Assembly: GCA_973895155.1 (NCBI GenBank)
Contig: OZ316892.1
Coordinates: 18,404,357-18,468,356, forward strand
Direction: 5' to 3'
From: Marsupella aquatica
Taxonomy: Eukaryota > Plantae > Marchantiophyta
DNA: 64,000 nt
In this document: positions 42,351 to 60,069 of the stretch, piece after piece
Position numbering within the stretch: position 1 is the first letter of the stretch
How the letters are laid out: each line of letters starts with the position of its first letter
Made by a program: the position numbers and the translations under genes
Notes under the pieces: model-generated
The model's input: the letters and a program-made list of their open reading frames with translations, nothing else
Database searches by the model: none
What the model was told of the DNA's origin: nothing

Positions 42351-42618
42351 AGTACCAACAATGTACACCAAGAGAGAAAAAGTGGAAATGCACGATGTGG
42401 TTCAACAAATCTGCATACACAAGCCAGGACACGAGCACAACCTGGCCAGCCACACAATAACCGCTATCTCGACACTAAGGTTATGGTGTGGCTGGCCAGG
42501 TTGTGCTCGTGTCCTGGCTTGTGTATGCAGATTTGTTGAACCACATCGTGCATTTGGCTTGTCATAAATGGATGTGATATTATTGAACAAGATTGAGTGA
42601 GTGTACATTGTTGGTACT
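42351..42618. repeat. Near-perfect fold-back inverted repeat (77-bp arms, 16-nt loop, plus an 18-bp outer stem)
   Basis: 42386-42462 pairs with 42479-42555 with 1 mismatch; 42351-42368 pairs perfectly with 42601-42618. Confidence 0.95.
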
Positions 42619-43624
42619 GGTTGCAGTGGGGGTTGCAGGACCTGTTGTTGTTCAATTGTGAGAAGCTTGCTGTGGATTGTGTCCATCATTGTGTGATTCC
42701 ACTTCTATTCCACTCTCTTGTGTTTGTGATATTGGATTGTGCCATTGGATATCTGTGATAAATATAAGTGATGATTGCATGTTGTGTAGCGATATGTATG
42801 CGCAAAAAAAACCTGCTTGCCCCAAACCAGTCACTCTTCATTTGCCTTAGAGGTGAACACTAAACCTCCGCCCGGATCTTCCACTCACTTCCATCATAGT
42901 ATGGGCCTTATGGAGGAATGAAGTTACATTTTTTTGTTTAGTGAGGATCTACCTCAGGGGTCAATCTGCACTTGTGCAAAGTGCATTTGTTGGTACATAA
43001 ATTACAGAGAAAATAACTGTAGTCTTATTGGACTACATGGCTGGCCTCCACTTAACCCCAAAATTGAATGCACATATACATGTTGCAATTCTGCAAGGTG
43101 GACTCTAAATTGACCTTGCTAAGCACTAAACTGAAAGGCCTGCTGATAGTAACAACCACGTACACTAATCAGAACCTACAAATATGAAAACGAGATTATG
43201 CAATAAGGCTATTGATTATCCACATCAAAGTAGAGACTGAATCTCTGCAAGAGACTAAGTTATATCGTCTAGCTTTGCAAACCTATCCAAAGTATATATC
43301 TGCTAGAGGTAAGTTATAATTCTAGCTTTGCCAACCTGAGCGAGAAGGTGCATTGCTACCTACAGTACTTCAAGGGAACTCCAATGGATGCCAAGTTTTG
43401 GGCCCATAAATTAATTATAGAACTCTACAAATTTGGCCCCGGGACTACCTCGCCTTTGGCTCCTACAATTTCCCCTCACAGTGTGTTTCCCTGTGGGCTC
43501 GTACAGATTTGCCTCTGGAGCGCTTCTTCTCACCGTCGTCTCCATTAATTGACTCCTGAATTTTGCCCCTATCGAGTTCGGTACCTTACATTCCTACTCT
43601 TTCCTCTCATGGAATGTTTCCCTG

Positions 43625-43728
43625 TAGACTGCTAGATTTCACTTTGCGCTGGTTGCAAGCTTTTTCAACTAGTAGACTGCTACTGTAGATTTCACTGCGC
43701 GCTGGTTGCAAGCTTTTTCAACTAGTAC
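43625..43728. repeat. ~55-bp tandem duplication in the DUR3 copy 2 promoter
   Basis: TAGATTTCACT..GCGCTGGTTGCAAGCTTTTTCAACTAGTA occurs twice. Confidence 0.85.
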
Positions 43729-43841
43729 TCTACTTCACTGGATTGAACACTGCTGTTTTACTGCGCTGCAGCTGAGGAAACGAAACACAACAATTACGTT
43801 TCAGAAATTGCTGCCCGCCCGTTCTGCATGGAGGTGAAAGG

Positions 43842-43848
43842 TATAAAA
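43842..43848 (+). promoter_or_regulatory. Putative TATA box of DUR3 copy 2
   Basis: GGTATAAAAGCCC about 145 bp before the ATG, matching copy 1. Confidence 0.6.
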
Positions 43849-43989
43849 GCCCGAGCGGCCCAGGAGACCCAGTGTGGAAGCCTTTGGAGGACTGAATCTT
43901 CTTCACCTCTCCTCTCCTAGTCATCCTCTTCTTTGTCTTCTCGGACGACTCGTCTGTGGAAAATATAGCTGAGCAGTCTTCTTCCCAAC

Positions 43990-48171
<4,182 letters not shown>

Positions 48172-49719
48172 GATTCTGGTGTTGAAGACAGCCAGTTTTG
48201 ATTGATTCTCGACTTAGTCAGCTTCGTAGAATTTTAGATTCAATCTACAGTGAAGTGCTGCAGAAACGATCAAAAAGGTTACTTTTACCATAAGACAATT
48301 ATTCCTCCATGCAGACCTTTGTATATTTTGAGTGTACGCATCCCTGCTCATTCAGATTGCAGGAAAACTTGAGGTGAGAGTATGGGAGGAGATAGGAATG
48401 TCCGTGTGTGCGTACGTAATTGTATTAATCTTGAGCCATCAAAGGTGTGATGTTTGCTAAGGCCATTCTGGGGTCTTAATTCCAATGACATTCTCAGCCC
48501 AGTTGGTCTGGACTGGGCGCTATGATTAGACTTGAATTTATCGACCACTTTCCGTTAAGATTGTACATTCTCTAATCTAAGGGCTTAACAATATTATAAC
48601 GGTGGACTTTTCTGTCTAGGCAGCCAGTTTACTTTGCCCAACATTGCCTTACAGTTTCCTCCCTTGATTGCCTCTTCTAGAAGTTATACCGGTCATTTAT
48701 CCGAACTGGTGGACATGGATCTGTTGAGCCCATACTGAATGAACGAAGTGGTGAGATGAGGAAATCAAGTCTTGGAGCTGAAAATGCCCAGGCATGATAC
48801 CAGGGTAGGGGGTAACTTAGACTGAATAGCTGGGGAAGTAGGAAGACATGCAGGAGGAAGGCAGAAGGAGTTACTGTGGAGGGAGACAGAGGGAGAGAGA
48901 GGGAGAGAATGGATAAGTTCATTCAGTCTGCATGACCAACCTGGTATATAAATGTTGTGAGCAAACAGTAAAATTTGTTCCTGAGCTGCAACTCAACCGA
49001 TGCTCAAGGAATGCCTCATTACTATCGGAACAAGATAAAGTTTAATTACCAAGATGCTACGAAAGAGCTGTTTAAGAACTTTCGTTCGAATATTAAATTG
49101 CTGTCAACGAAACTTTGATACAAAGTCATGCAGGCGAGAAAAACAATATAAAAAACTCTTGGGCCAAGGGATGGATAATTAACCAGATGTAAACTCATCG
49201 GTCTTTCTGTACCTGCATGTCTCTATGAATAATTCTAAAAATTTTGTTGTTGATTGTCTTTATCTTGGTAGTTTGACCCCTTACTGCTTTAGTTACAGAC
49301 TTAGTTAGTACACTACAGGTGGTGCTTGTCACTCTACTGAAAGGTACAGTAGATCTTTATCTCGTTGGGGTTTGCATCTGCTCTGATGTTTGGAGTTCGG
49401 TTTTTTCCTCCCTGGACCTCTTTTGATTTTCCTCCATTCTACTTTGTTTGACCCTTCTTAATAAAAATTTTAATAAATTGGTCCTTTTTTCTATTTTCTA
49501 ACGTTGGAATTCTGGTTGAGACTCACATTGTGTAAAGTAGATAGTAAACGTTTTCAGAGGCTTTTTCGGAGTTGGAATAAATATAGATCTACCGGCTGTG
49601 CTCTTAGGGAGGACTGGAAGAACGAGAGACTTCTGTACAGGACTCACTCGAAACGGATACCTCCTTTGCCAAATTAAACAGACAGAAATATGTCTCCAAT
49701 GCAAAACTTCTACGCGGGA

Positions 49720-49801
49720 CGACGCCTGAGAGATTCGATCTCTCGCGGGTAGAGCCCATGTACTTAGCAGGCACACGCCTTAACCACTCGGCCAAAGCGT
49801 C
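49720..49801 (-). tRNA. trnS-GCT: tRNA-Ser(GCT), 82 nt, T-loop variant
   Basis: GACGCTT TGGCCGAGTGGTTAAGGC GTGTGC CTGCTAA GTACA TGGGCTCTACCCGC GAGAG ATCGAAT CTCTC AGGCGTC G. Long variable arm; TTTT about 13 nt downstream. Confidence 0.93.
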
Positions 49802-52800
49802 CCAAGTGTCCTTCCTTTGCGAAACAATTAGTAGGGTAATAGTTTTAGAAATCGTAAGAGGCGGACAGAAAACGAAAGAAAGGGGGATAAAGAAGATGGA
49901 TCATGGAAGAAAATAGAAAGTAGGTAAATCTGCAAAGAAAAGAGATGCATCATAAAATGTGAAACTTGCACCAGAATTTATAAATCTCTAAAACAGAAAG
50001 TGCAATAAAAGGAAATAAAAAGAGAGGTCCAAAGTTGACACCACCAAACAAGGAAAAAGAAAAGCAAATGCAATCCTAAAAAAGGAATAAAAGAAAGGGA
50101 AAAGTGTCAACACTACACCACTCTCAGAAAAAAAGAGAAAAGACACAGAGCGTTGAAAGAGGAAGAGACTATCCTGAAAGAAAAGGGATCATACATGGAT
50201 TTGAAATTGAAAGACCATTGTCAGAAAGAAGGCTGAGAGATAAAGAAAAATGGGGACAAAACGACGAACGAGGAAGCTGAAAGAAAAGGATCGGACAAGG
50301 ATTGGAATTGAAGGACCATCGTCGGAAAGAAGGCGGAGAACAGATAAAGAAAAACAATACGACACGAAGCGATGAACGAGGAAGAGAACGATCCTGAAAG
50401 AAAAGAATCGGAAAGGATCGAAATTGAAGGCGTCGAGATAAAGAAACCGAGGAAAGAAGGCCGTGAGACGAAGAAACATCGACGGAATGGACAGACGGAA
50501 TGGACGAGAGTACAGTCGATCGAAGAAGAACAGTCGATCGAAGAAGAAGTGACTAGACAGATCCATTGTTGAAGAGAAGAGAAGAGAAGAGAAGAGAATT
50601 GAATTTTTTTCAATGATTGGTGATCTACGATTGATTTCATTCGACGAAGAGTGTTGCAGCACCAATTCTCTACTTTTGTGGGTACGCCTCCTGAATTGCT
50701 TCGAAATCATTCTGGTGTTTGTTGTGTCGTTCGGGGAGAGTGTACAATAACAGCAGCTCCGACGAGCACTCCATTGCATTTCTCTCCATTCCTTGGTTTT
50801 ATTTCACGTTTTGCTGACGATTCTGTTGTTTGGTTGGCTTCATCTGTGGTGCGGAGATATTGTGGAGCCCGAAGCTCGATCGTGTCCTTCATGTGGTCCG
50901 ATTTCTAGACGGATGATGAGATGAGATGATAATGAGAGATGTAAAGAATTTTCATATTTAACTTCGTGAATTCCAAGTCGTCAATTGCGAGTAGGGATCG
51001 TTCTATCCTCTCTGCTCTCGTTGGAGATGTCGTGAGCTATGTGTGATTTGTGATTCGGTTTCATCTTGTGGGCTTTCTGTGAGTGAGAGAAAGTGTACGG
51101 GAGCGAGGGAGAGATAGAGTGAGGTAGAGGGTGGCTGCTGGATGGATGGAAGGGAGACATAAAAACGGCGTCATTTCTGGATTTCGCGTGGGTTGAGACG
51201 GAAGAATAATGCTGACGTGATCGAAAGGAAGTGTGTCGGGCCACGATTCATCCTCCGATGAGCTATTAGATTCGCTAAGATGGGAATCCGGAGTTGGGGA
51301 TGGAATTCCGTCCCTAATAAATCTATCGTCGATGGCCAATTGGTTAGTTTAAGTGTGTGCCTGTATCTGTTTCTGTATCCACGTGGAGTAAAGGTGTGGC
51401 AGGAGATGCCATACATGACGCATCTCGGTTTTGGTCTGGTTTCCTCTGCTTTTCCGTTCCATCGCTTCAGCAGTGAGAGAGCGAGCGAAATGATCAAATG
51501 CCGTCGCCACGCCTGGTGTTACAGGCGGGTAGCGTAGAGTGATTCCGGTGCGCAACTTGAGAAAGGGGCGATTTCCGCCGTGTGTTTAGTTAGTGATGAT
51601 CTACGGATTTTGGTTAGATTTTGAGGTCGGAATTGTAAGAATGTGGAATTAATTGGAACTGGTATGCTGGTGCAGCTGTGCCTCCATGCGTTCCCTCCAC
51701 TTACGCACCAGACTGTTACTCAACTGGGTGGGACGCACAGGCTTTCCACGAACAGAGTGCTCCGATACTAATGGGTAGCCCTCGCCTGCTGGGCAGCTTT
51801 TCCTTGAGAGGTTATGCGTTCCTGTAGCTGTTGGATCGTCCCTTTTTCCAATGCTTCTCCAACTCCCAAGGCATGGAATTAGGGTAGAAATGTCGGAAAA
51901 CTCTGAATTTACGTACAGATCGTTTTGGCCGCATATTAGATGATCGTGTGGGAAAACCCTAACTAGGTTATGATTAAGGCGGTGCCCACCATCCACAGCT
52001 GTACTCTGCGAGAGTGTTGGGATCATGATAAGTAATTATGGAACGCCATTCAAGCTCTCTATTTTAAAGAATGTTTGTTCGGAAGCTGCCACAGTTCATA
52101 CCCTAGTCATCTCGTTCGATCTGCGGGGAGTCGATAGAACGAAAGGGACCTGCAGTTGCGAGAGATTGAAAGGTTGGTGAGCAGAAGGAGAATGAAGTTG
52201 AGTCTGAATTGACTTCCTGAGCAACAAAGCGAATCGGAATTGTGTGAAAGAAAATCAGACCCCACAGCAACTCTTGAAACCTCCTACTCTTTGAAGCAAC
52301 CGAACTTCGTATCCCCTTAAGGGTCTAAAGCATCCTGTGAAAATTTTCGCAGCGAGATCTTTACAGTATGAGTGACGGGGTGTAGGTGTTAGCTTTGCGT
52401 TTGTACAGCCCTATAGCTGCTTCGAATATCTTTCACGTATTTATGTTGTTGTCCCCCTCAAATTCCTCTTTGAGAGACTGAGAAGGTATGTCTTCAATTC
52501 TGAATCGGGACTTCGATTAAATGTTTCAGGGACCGCGTTAATATTTTGAGAGCACTCAGAAGGAGGATGGCATGGACGTCAATGGCAGCGTCTATTGATT
52601 TCTAGTCTGTGACTGCAACCTCAGAATATTGAAAGCTTCTTTCAGTACTCGGTCATACAGGTAATCGACCAACTTTGTCATTGACAATTTTACCGTGAAC
52701 CTTTTCTTTTAAATTTCCTGTATTTGTTGCGGAACCTTCAAAATTGCTACGCTTCTGTCGTGGACTCCAAGGTGTTTACAAACATTATATTAAACTAGCT

Positions 52801-52819
52801 AGGTGCGGCTCGATTCTGG

Positions 52820-53550
52820 ATGGCAGAGCAAATGGAACCAGTTCCCTCCTTAGCTCCTATGCAGAGTGGAAACGAACTAAGCACCGATGGCATAGCTTCT
52901 CTTCTGGCTATGGCACGGCAACGCATAAATGAAGGAAATCCTTCGCTTGCGCTACAAGCGGTATGTTCATATTTGTGCATCCGCTTTGAGGTTATTTGGT
53001 TTTGTGGAAAAACATTGTTTCACCTTTTCGCTTATTTACTTGCGATTTCAGACTCTAATGAGCAGCTGCTTGAACGAAATGTCGATCGTATATATTACAA
53101 CGATGAATTTCTGACTGGTGGGTGTCTCGTTGATCACAGGTGGTAGCAGCTCTCCGAGCGTCTGGAGGCGAAAGAGCCGTGTTGCAAGCATTGGGAAGAG
53201 CTCGAGAGATGTATCGTACTAAAAGACAGGACCAAGCTGTTGATGAACTTTCTGCGCTTTTGGCTGAGTGCGCCCTTGCAACAGATTTGTCTGCTAAAAC
53301 TTCAATAGTTGAGACTTCAGCAGTGGCGCCTGTGGCACCTTCAGAGGTACAAGAAGTGGACATGGTGGAACACAGCGCAGGCATGTATCAGACATCTGCA
53401 CCAATATTGGCAGAGAGTGGGAGGCTACAAGTAGTGATGGATGCATCTTCGGATGGCAGCAGTTTTGTGTGTTACCAATGTGGTGGTGTGGTCAGTAACC
53501 AGCGCAGAGACGAGCATTTCACTTTCTGGTGTTCAAGAGAGGTTCGATGA
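52820..53550 (+). CDS. Plant-specific C2HC zinc-finger protein, 2 coding exons, 183 aa
   Basis: Exons 52820-52960 and 53140-53550 (GCG|GT...CAG|GTG). Motifs PSLALQAVVAALRASGGE, LAECA, ILAESGR..DGSSFVCYQCGGVVSNQRRDEHFTFWC. Confidence 0.88.
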
Positions 53551-55115
53551 TCTGGATTCCTACTGGGGCTCCTATTTGGGGGGCAGTGTATGCTCTCTAA
53601 TTTTGTTCATATTGATTGCAAATTGGATGACGTGCACACAGCATAGAAGTTGGGAACCAACCATGGAGTTTTTTTTCTTTTGAGTTTTAACGAGAAGCAA
53701 AATGAGTTTTGGGAGTTCTCAAAGTCCCTTTGAACGAAGGGAAGTTTGCTTTGATCTTGCATCATGCTTTGATGATTCAGGACGTATAGATTCTACGAAG
53801 ACATCATTCTTGTGCAGTTGAAGCTGAACACGGGAATGAAAGGCCCTTTGTATTAATGGAGGACATCGTCTGCCATCAGATGTGTTGGCATTCTATTTAT
53901 GTTCATAGTAACCATAGACTAGCTTAGGGCGAGTTTGTAATCATAGACTTTGTCGAAGCAAGTTGAATGTAGTTTATGCGCGGCTTTTGGCATACCAATC
54001 CATGGTCCACCTCTTTTTTCTGCGATTGTATCCATGAGAGTGTAACCCTTACCCACACAATATCGAGCATCTGCTACTGAACGGTATACTGAACCGCTGT
54101 ACCAGCCTCGAAAAAGTTCTTCCTCACAGTCCAACAATCCCACGACATCACATTTGAAAGGTGTGAGGAGGCAGTATATCTGAAGGCTTCACAAACCATC
54201 CAATGCCACTCCATGAAGAACCTTCAAGCTGCTGTCTTAACAATGTTTGCCCAAGAGAAGCCAAAGATCGAAATCGTGTTATTCCATGAAAACAAATAGA
54301 AAGGCCTGAGAAATTGTTCCGTTTTCCGTCAAAATGAATTGTCCCGTTTTTTCCGTCAAAAATGTAGGAGAGCTTCACCACAGATCCTTACAAAGTCATC
54401 AAAAGTGTCGTGATACTGTCGAGTGTTCACTAAGCACAATCAGGGATGTGTTCGAAGTCGCTGTCCTCCGGTGGGGCTCTTGACCCCTAAGATGTGCCTG
54501 CCATTGTCTTTCATGCATTAATGATAATTGTCAAGCCCTTTGGACAACTTAGAAAAGAAGGGGGTTATCAACCCAAGTGGCTTGAGAAACAAACCTACAT
54601 GCTGAAATTTATCAAAATCCGAAGCTGTTAGAATGTTTGCGTAATAGGGAGTGCGACAAGCCAACTATCCCCTTCCCTTCAAGTACTGCATACACTAAAC
54701 CACTCTTGAACTATGAGATGATTGTTATCACACAGTCTGAGAGGCCTGCATACATATAACAGAAAAGCTGATAGGCGTCATTGATTCATCGTAGAGCAGC
54801 CAGGCAAATCTTTGATATGTGAACTCCACACATCTCCAGATAGAGAGAAGGTCATATACAGTCACGCTCAATCTTGAGAACAATTATTCCAGTATGAAAT
54901 TACAGTGCTACTTTTGACATTATGGGCCCACGCGACTTCGGGCATGAGCTGGGACCTCAGAAAACAAAATTAGTTCCAACCAATGCCCCTCTGCACTCTC
55001 TCCTAGTTATTGCTTGGGCAAACTATGCATCAGGGTCCCACATAACGACCTTGCTTGCCCATGTCTAGTAAGACTAATTAGAGCACAATTCTTATGTTGT
55101 GGTCTAAAGCGTGCT

Positions 55116-57160
55116 CTACTCGCTACTACCAAGAGCCATCAAGAACTCTCCTTCGCAGACCACCTCCCCGCCCACATAGGCCTTTCCCTCCATCTTCGCA
55201 ATTCCAAATCGTTTTTGGAGCTTTGTCAGAGTCATTCGCATAACAAGGGTGTCACCTGCAACGACAGGTTTCCTGAACCGCACTTTGTCTACACCAGCAA
55301 AGAAGAAGTTCTCTTTGGAACCCCCTACTTCGGGATTCAGCATCACAATCCCACCTACTTGTGCCATAGCCTGTGAGTCAAGCCAGGTCCCCACGGTCAG
55401 ACTTACAATGCAAATACATCACTTGCCAAGATATTTCATTGGAGACTGGGTGGTGATCGTCGATGTCTCTTAGCTCTCTACAGTACTACAAATCAAAACT
55501 TGCGCTGATGCAAAGCAATCATGACCGGGAATTAATGTTATTCTATTGTGGAAAAGGTAATATTGCGATTGACATAGGCATATTGAAAATGGAACAATGC
55601 GAATGTCAACCAAAAAATGGCTGTCCATTGTACCCTGGAAAGAAACGCCACAAAGTCGTGGAATCGAAAAAGGACATGGATGATCACACTGAGAAAAGGA
55701 AACTAACAGACCTGATTTTAAACACGTTCTGCCATTACCAGGTCAACCATAGGTCCATTAACTAACCGATAAACAAGAAGTAGACAGTACTGATGAAAGC
55801 TCAATCAAACTTTTAGCAGATGAACCAGGAGAAAATAGACATGAAAAATATGGAAGGACAAACTTAAGATTCTGACCTCCACCATTAGAACACCGGGCAT
55901 GATAGGTCTATCTGGAAAGTGACCAGGGAAAAAGTTGTCATTGATAGTAACATTCTTGATGCCAACCGCGGAAACTCCAGGTTTGTACTCAATCACTCTG
56001 TCCACCAGCAGGAAGGGAAACCTGCAGAACACAAGATTGTGTCAGATACTTGTGTTACTCCTGGTCAATTTCCCACTGAAATATGATTCGATCTCTAGGC
56101 ACCAGAAAAGGTCGCCTCACACCGAAAGCCCCCAGGATTATATTTGATGAATTCTATTGAGTAATCTACTTTGCACAGTAGCCAGAAGGCAATGCCCTAC
56201 TCACCTGTGCGGGAGAACACTGCGGATGTAATTTATATCAAGAATAGCAGGGAATGCAGCGTACCCTGACAATCATCAACTCAAACATAATCAGCAGTTT
56301 GCACTCTCTGCAGTCATTCACTTATTCCTCCTGCTTCGTTCTGGATCGTCTCTCGGTGGTTTCCGGCAGTAGAATTCGTGCATTATGTCCAGCTCTAGAT
56401 TCGAGCTGTAGAGCTCAAACTCTTCCAATTTCTTCCTTCCATTGCTCTTTGCAAAGTCTATCAGTCTGCACAAAATGGCCCTCAATCCTGTTCCTTAACT
56501 CCTTCAGTCAGTGACTCTTTTATTCGTTGATTCGCGCATTCCCTTCTTGAATATATACATGGCTCAAGTTGAATTCTTCCATTTTTGGTCCTACCTCAAG
56601 CGCCCACTCCAGCACCATGAGCCTCAGATTGATCATACAATTCAGCCTATAATGAATGCTAAGGGCTTTACCTCTAATTTCCTCGGAGCTATTTTCCATC
56701 GGTCTTTCTGTCTCTCTGTGTGTGTCTCTCTCTGTGCGCATCATTCTTCCCCTTGTTGCAAAAAACAACAGTTACATTACATCTAGAGTGAGCTGAAAAG
56801 CCATTAAATACAGAGAGAGAACTCACGCTTCTCAATGGGAACCTCCTCCGCGGTCTTGTCCTCCGCGGCCACCTCAAGAGCGACCGCTCCGTCCGCAGCA
56901 GCAGCGGCAGGCGGCAGCACCGACCTCAACCCCCCCTTGCTAAACCCCTTCTTCCGCTGGTTGCTGAGCTCCCGCACGGAGGCGGCAAACGGAGGGCAGA
57001 ATGTCTTCACCAGCGCCACAGAAGAAGAAAAAGAAGAAGAAGAAGATGATGACGACGAAGACGAAGAAGAAGCAGACACCGTTGCAGTCGACGAGGAGCA
57101 GCACGAGACGACCGAAGACGCCCCGAGCAGAGTGGAGGAGCACGCCATCACCGCCTCCAT
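55116..57160 (-). CDS. fabZ: Plastid 3-hydroxyacyl-ACP dehydratase (FabZ/HAD), 4 exons, 264 aa
   Basis: Exons 57160-56827, 56265-56205, 56021-55877, 55370-55116. Motifs [39 protein letters not shown] and [10 protein letters not shown]; Ser-rich transit peptide. Confidence 0.96.
57021..57072. repeat. (GAA/GAC)n microsatellite encoding poly-Ser in the FabZ transit peptide
   Basis: GAAGAAGAAAAAGAAGAAGAAGAAGATGATGACGACGAAGACGAAGAAGAAG. Confidence 0.9.
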
Positions 57161-58584
57161 TGTTCCTCCCTTCCTTTGCCTTTGCTCGAGTCGCAGAGAG
57201 CGCAAGAATTGATCTATGGCACCGCAAGATGAAAGAATGGAGCTTGAGCTCGAGTGACTATAAGAGAAGTGAAGTGAAGAGAACAGAACAGAACAGAACA
57301 GAACAGAACAGGCGTTCAAACCGAGGCAAGACTACAGTAGAAGGAAACCTCGTAAGTCCGGCAGTCCAGTCGAGCCCAGTCCTACACTACTACTGTAGTC
57401 CTTTCCTGTTGGCCGAGCGCACGAACAGCATCTTTCTCGATGCAAATGAGGTCTCGGACTGGAGCCTCGAGAGGATCCTACTCAGACCACAGTCTGCGAT
57501 TCCTGTCGCCCCGAGGATCGAACTTCGAACCAGTCAAGGGTGTCTCTGACTCCTCAGCGGGCAAGGGTGTCTCTGGCTCTTCAGTGGGCTCAGGTTTTCA
57601 CCCTCTTTAGTAGGGTTGAGACAATTGGTTTTGGTGTCTCCCTGCAGGTTTCATTTTGCCATCCTCCTATGCAATTTACTTTGGAGTTCTACCAGGATTT
57701 TTAATTTTCCGGTCAGTATGGTGTTAACCTTTGTGACTCCTTTGTTGAGTACTTTTTGGTCTTTTTTCTTTGTCGGCTTTTGGTTGGGGACCCTTTGGCT
57801 TGTTTTTCTTGGGGCTCTTTCCACTCTTTTCCTCCCATTCGTTGGGTTGCTTTGCCATTGGGAATATGTCTCCCAGTTCGGCAATTTTTGCCCTTGGGCA
57901 CTGTCATATACAAAGTCAAGGGTAGTTTGGTTAGTCACGACGACGGATGGACGGAACCACCAATGGTGCCGGGTCTGCTTTTTCTTTTCCGGTGCATGAT
58001 CTCTTACCTTAAGTACACTCACTTTGGGTTTTGGAAGAAAATGCATATTAATATCACTCAAACTTGAAGTTTAGGTCCAATTTGCATTGAGCAGTCCTCA
58101 ACATCCTTAGCCCTTCCAAAACAATTGGGGAAAAGTAACTCTGCTGCCTTGCAATGTGGCAAGTGCACAAGGCTGGTAGTGTCTTGTCCCTCAATGTCAT
58201 TACCCTCTGAAGCTTATACAGAGCACTCTTTGTTTGAGGTCAGGAAGGTTTTGGGCTATTGCCCTTGGAACTCCACATTTTTTGCTGTCAGGCATGGCAC
58301 AAGAGGGTCTCAGGAACAGAACTCTGACTCACTTCTTCTTTTTTCACAAAACTATTGTTTTAACTCTCACTCACATGAGTCCGACTCAGGGCACTCACAT
58401 GCAAGTTGGCTCTAAGTACACTCACTTTGGGTTTGCAAGAAAATGCATATTTTGTACCTATCTTCACAATATTCCCAGTTCCAAGTGTTTTACCAGCAAA
58501 TTTCTCCTTTCTGGTTTTCTCACTATATTCATTCAAATAGCTGTTGTTGGTTTTCTTAGACCAAGCCTTCCAACAAGCCTACTA

Positions 58585-59248
58585 TTGTCAAGTCTTACTA
58601 ACAATTGAGAGACTTACAATTCACCAAAGATAGATGGTTATTTTGTTTTCTTGTCACATTTCACTTTTCAGTGAAATATGTATCATCATTAAAAATAAAA
58701 TTTTGCTCTGAGGACTATACAGGGTGTGCAAGTCTATCTAAGTATTTTTGCAAAGCCCTCTGTCCAGCCAAACTTCTGTCGGGATACTTTACGGAAGGTG
58801 ATGTTTTTTCATTGACTTTTGTAAAAGAACTCTCAAGAGTAACAATAAATCTTTCTCTCACTCTCCTCCGGACTCCACTCATAGGGCTTGATTGATACCT
58901 ACCGCACTTTAGCAGTCAAGTTTTACTAACAATTGAGAGACTTACAAATCACCAAACATGGATGGCTATTTTGTTTTCTTTTCACATTTCACTCTTCATC
59001 CTACTATGTCTCAAAATTAAAATAGAGTTTTGCTCATAGGTCCATACAGGGTCTGCATTGTGCAAGTCTATCTAAGCATTTTGCAACCCCTTCCGTCCAG
59101 CCCAACTTCTGTCGGGATGCTTTACCGAAGGTGAGTGTTTTTCTTTTCCTTTCATAAAAGAACTCTCAAGAGTAACAAATAAATCGTTCTCTCCCTCTCC
59201 GCCACTCCACTCCTCGGGTTTAATTGATACGTATCCGACTTTAGCACA
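58585..59248. repeat. Diverged direct tandem duplication (~330 bp x2)
   Basis: TTACTAACAATTGAGAGACTTACAA at ~58595 and ~58923; AAAAGAACTCTCAAGAGTAACAA and CAACTTCTGTCGGGAT-type motifs are shared. Confidence 0.85.
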
Positions 59249-60069
59249 GGATCGACAGCCTTAAAACTGCGCCAGCTCTTGGGGGACAGTGTTAGCCGTC
59301 GATCTATAATTGCTCCTCATAATTGGCATTTGGATGTGCCCCCTTGAAAGCGTCCGCCGACGGCGTGGAAACTGAGGATGACCACATACGGTATGCGTTC
59401 CTTCATACGAGACGCCAACATTTAATATTGTATATATGACAGTACAATAATACCGTATGCCGCTATGAACCATCGCGTGTCACCCTAACTACCCTGCATA
59501 CCGTACGATTTCCTCCGAGATTGATTCAAATTTTGAATTTTTGAGAAATCCCGACCGTTAATCTTAAGGTTAGATGAGAAGAATTTGTACTTCACAGTAT
59601 TTTCTTTCTCACTCTGCCACTTGTTGTGGGAGATAAGAAGAATTTGTACTCTACAGTATTATTTTCTCACTCTGCCACTCGTGGGGTTGGGAGAGGTATT
59701 CTATGGTGCACGCAAAGAGTAATTTTTGATAGCAACGAGACTGTTATTAGCCAGTCATTGGTGGGTTTTAAATTATTTTTTACTTTTACTGACTTTTATA
59801 TTTTCAGTGCATTTTAAAGTCTCCAGATGGCTAGCGGATATGCTAGCCAAAAGAGGAGTCCAAAATTTAGATTGTACTAACTAGGTTTTGGTTAGCTAGG
59901 GACTAGTTTTGCTAGGCTGGTGAGTTATTTTTACTCATAACAGGAAAAAATTTATTGTTTGCTCACACACGACAATATAAACCCCACCTGCAAGTTGGAG
60001 ATGGATGCCCCTGGAGAAGGAGGAAAAGCACTTCCCAACAGTAAAGGTTGTCTTGCATGTAAGCAGCCC

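Noticed and set aside
49500-49719. tRNA-snoRNA dicistron
   Set aside because: A TTTT terminator follows within ~13 nt and no clear C/D boxes were seen.
56835-57549. Plus-strand poly-E and poly-K ORFs
   Set aside because: They are alternative-frame readings of the FabZ poly-Ser microsatellite.
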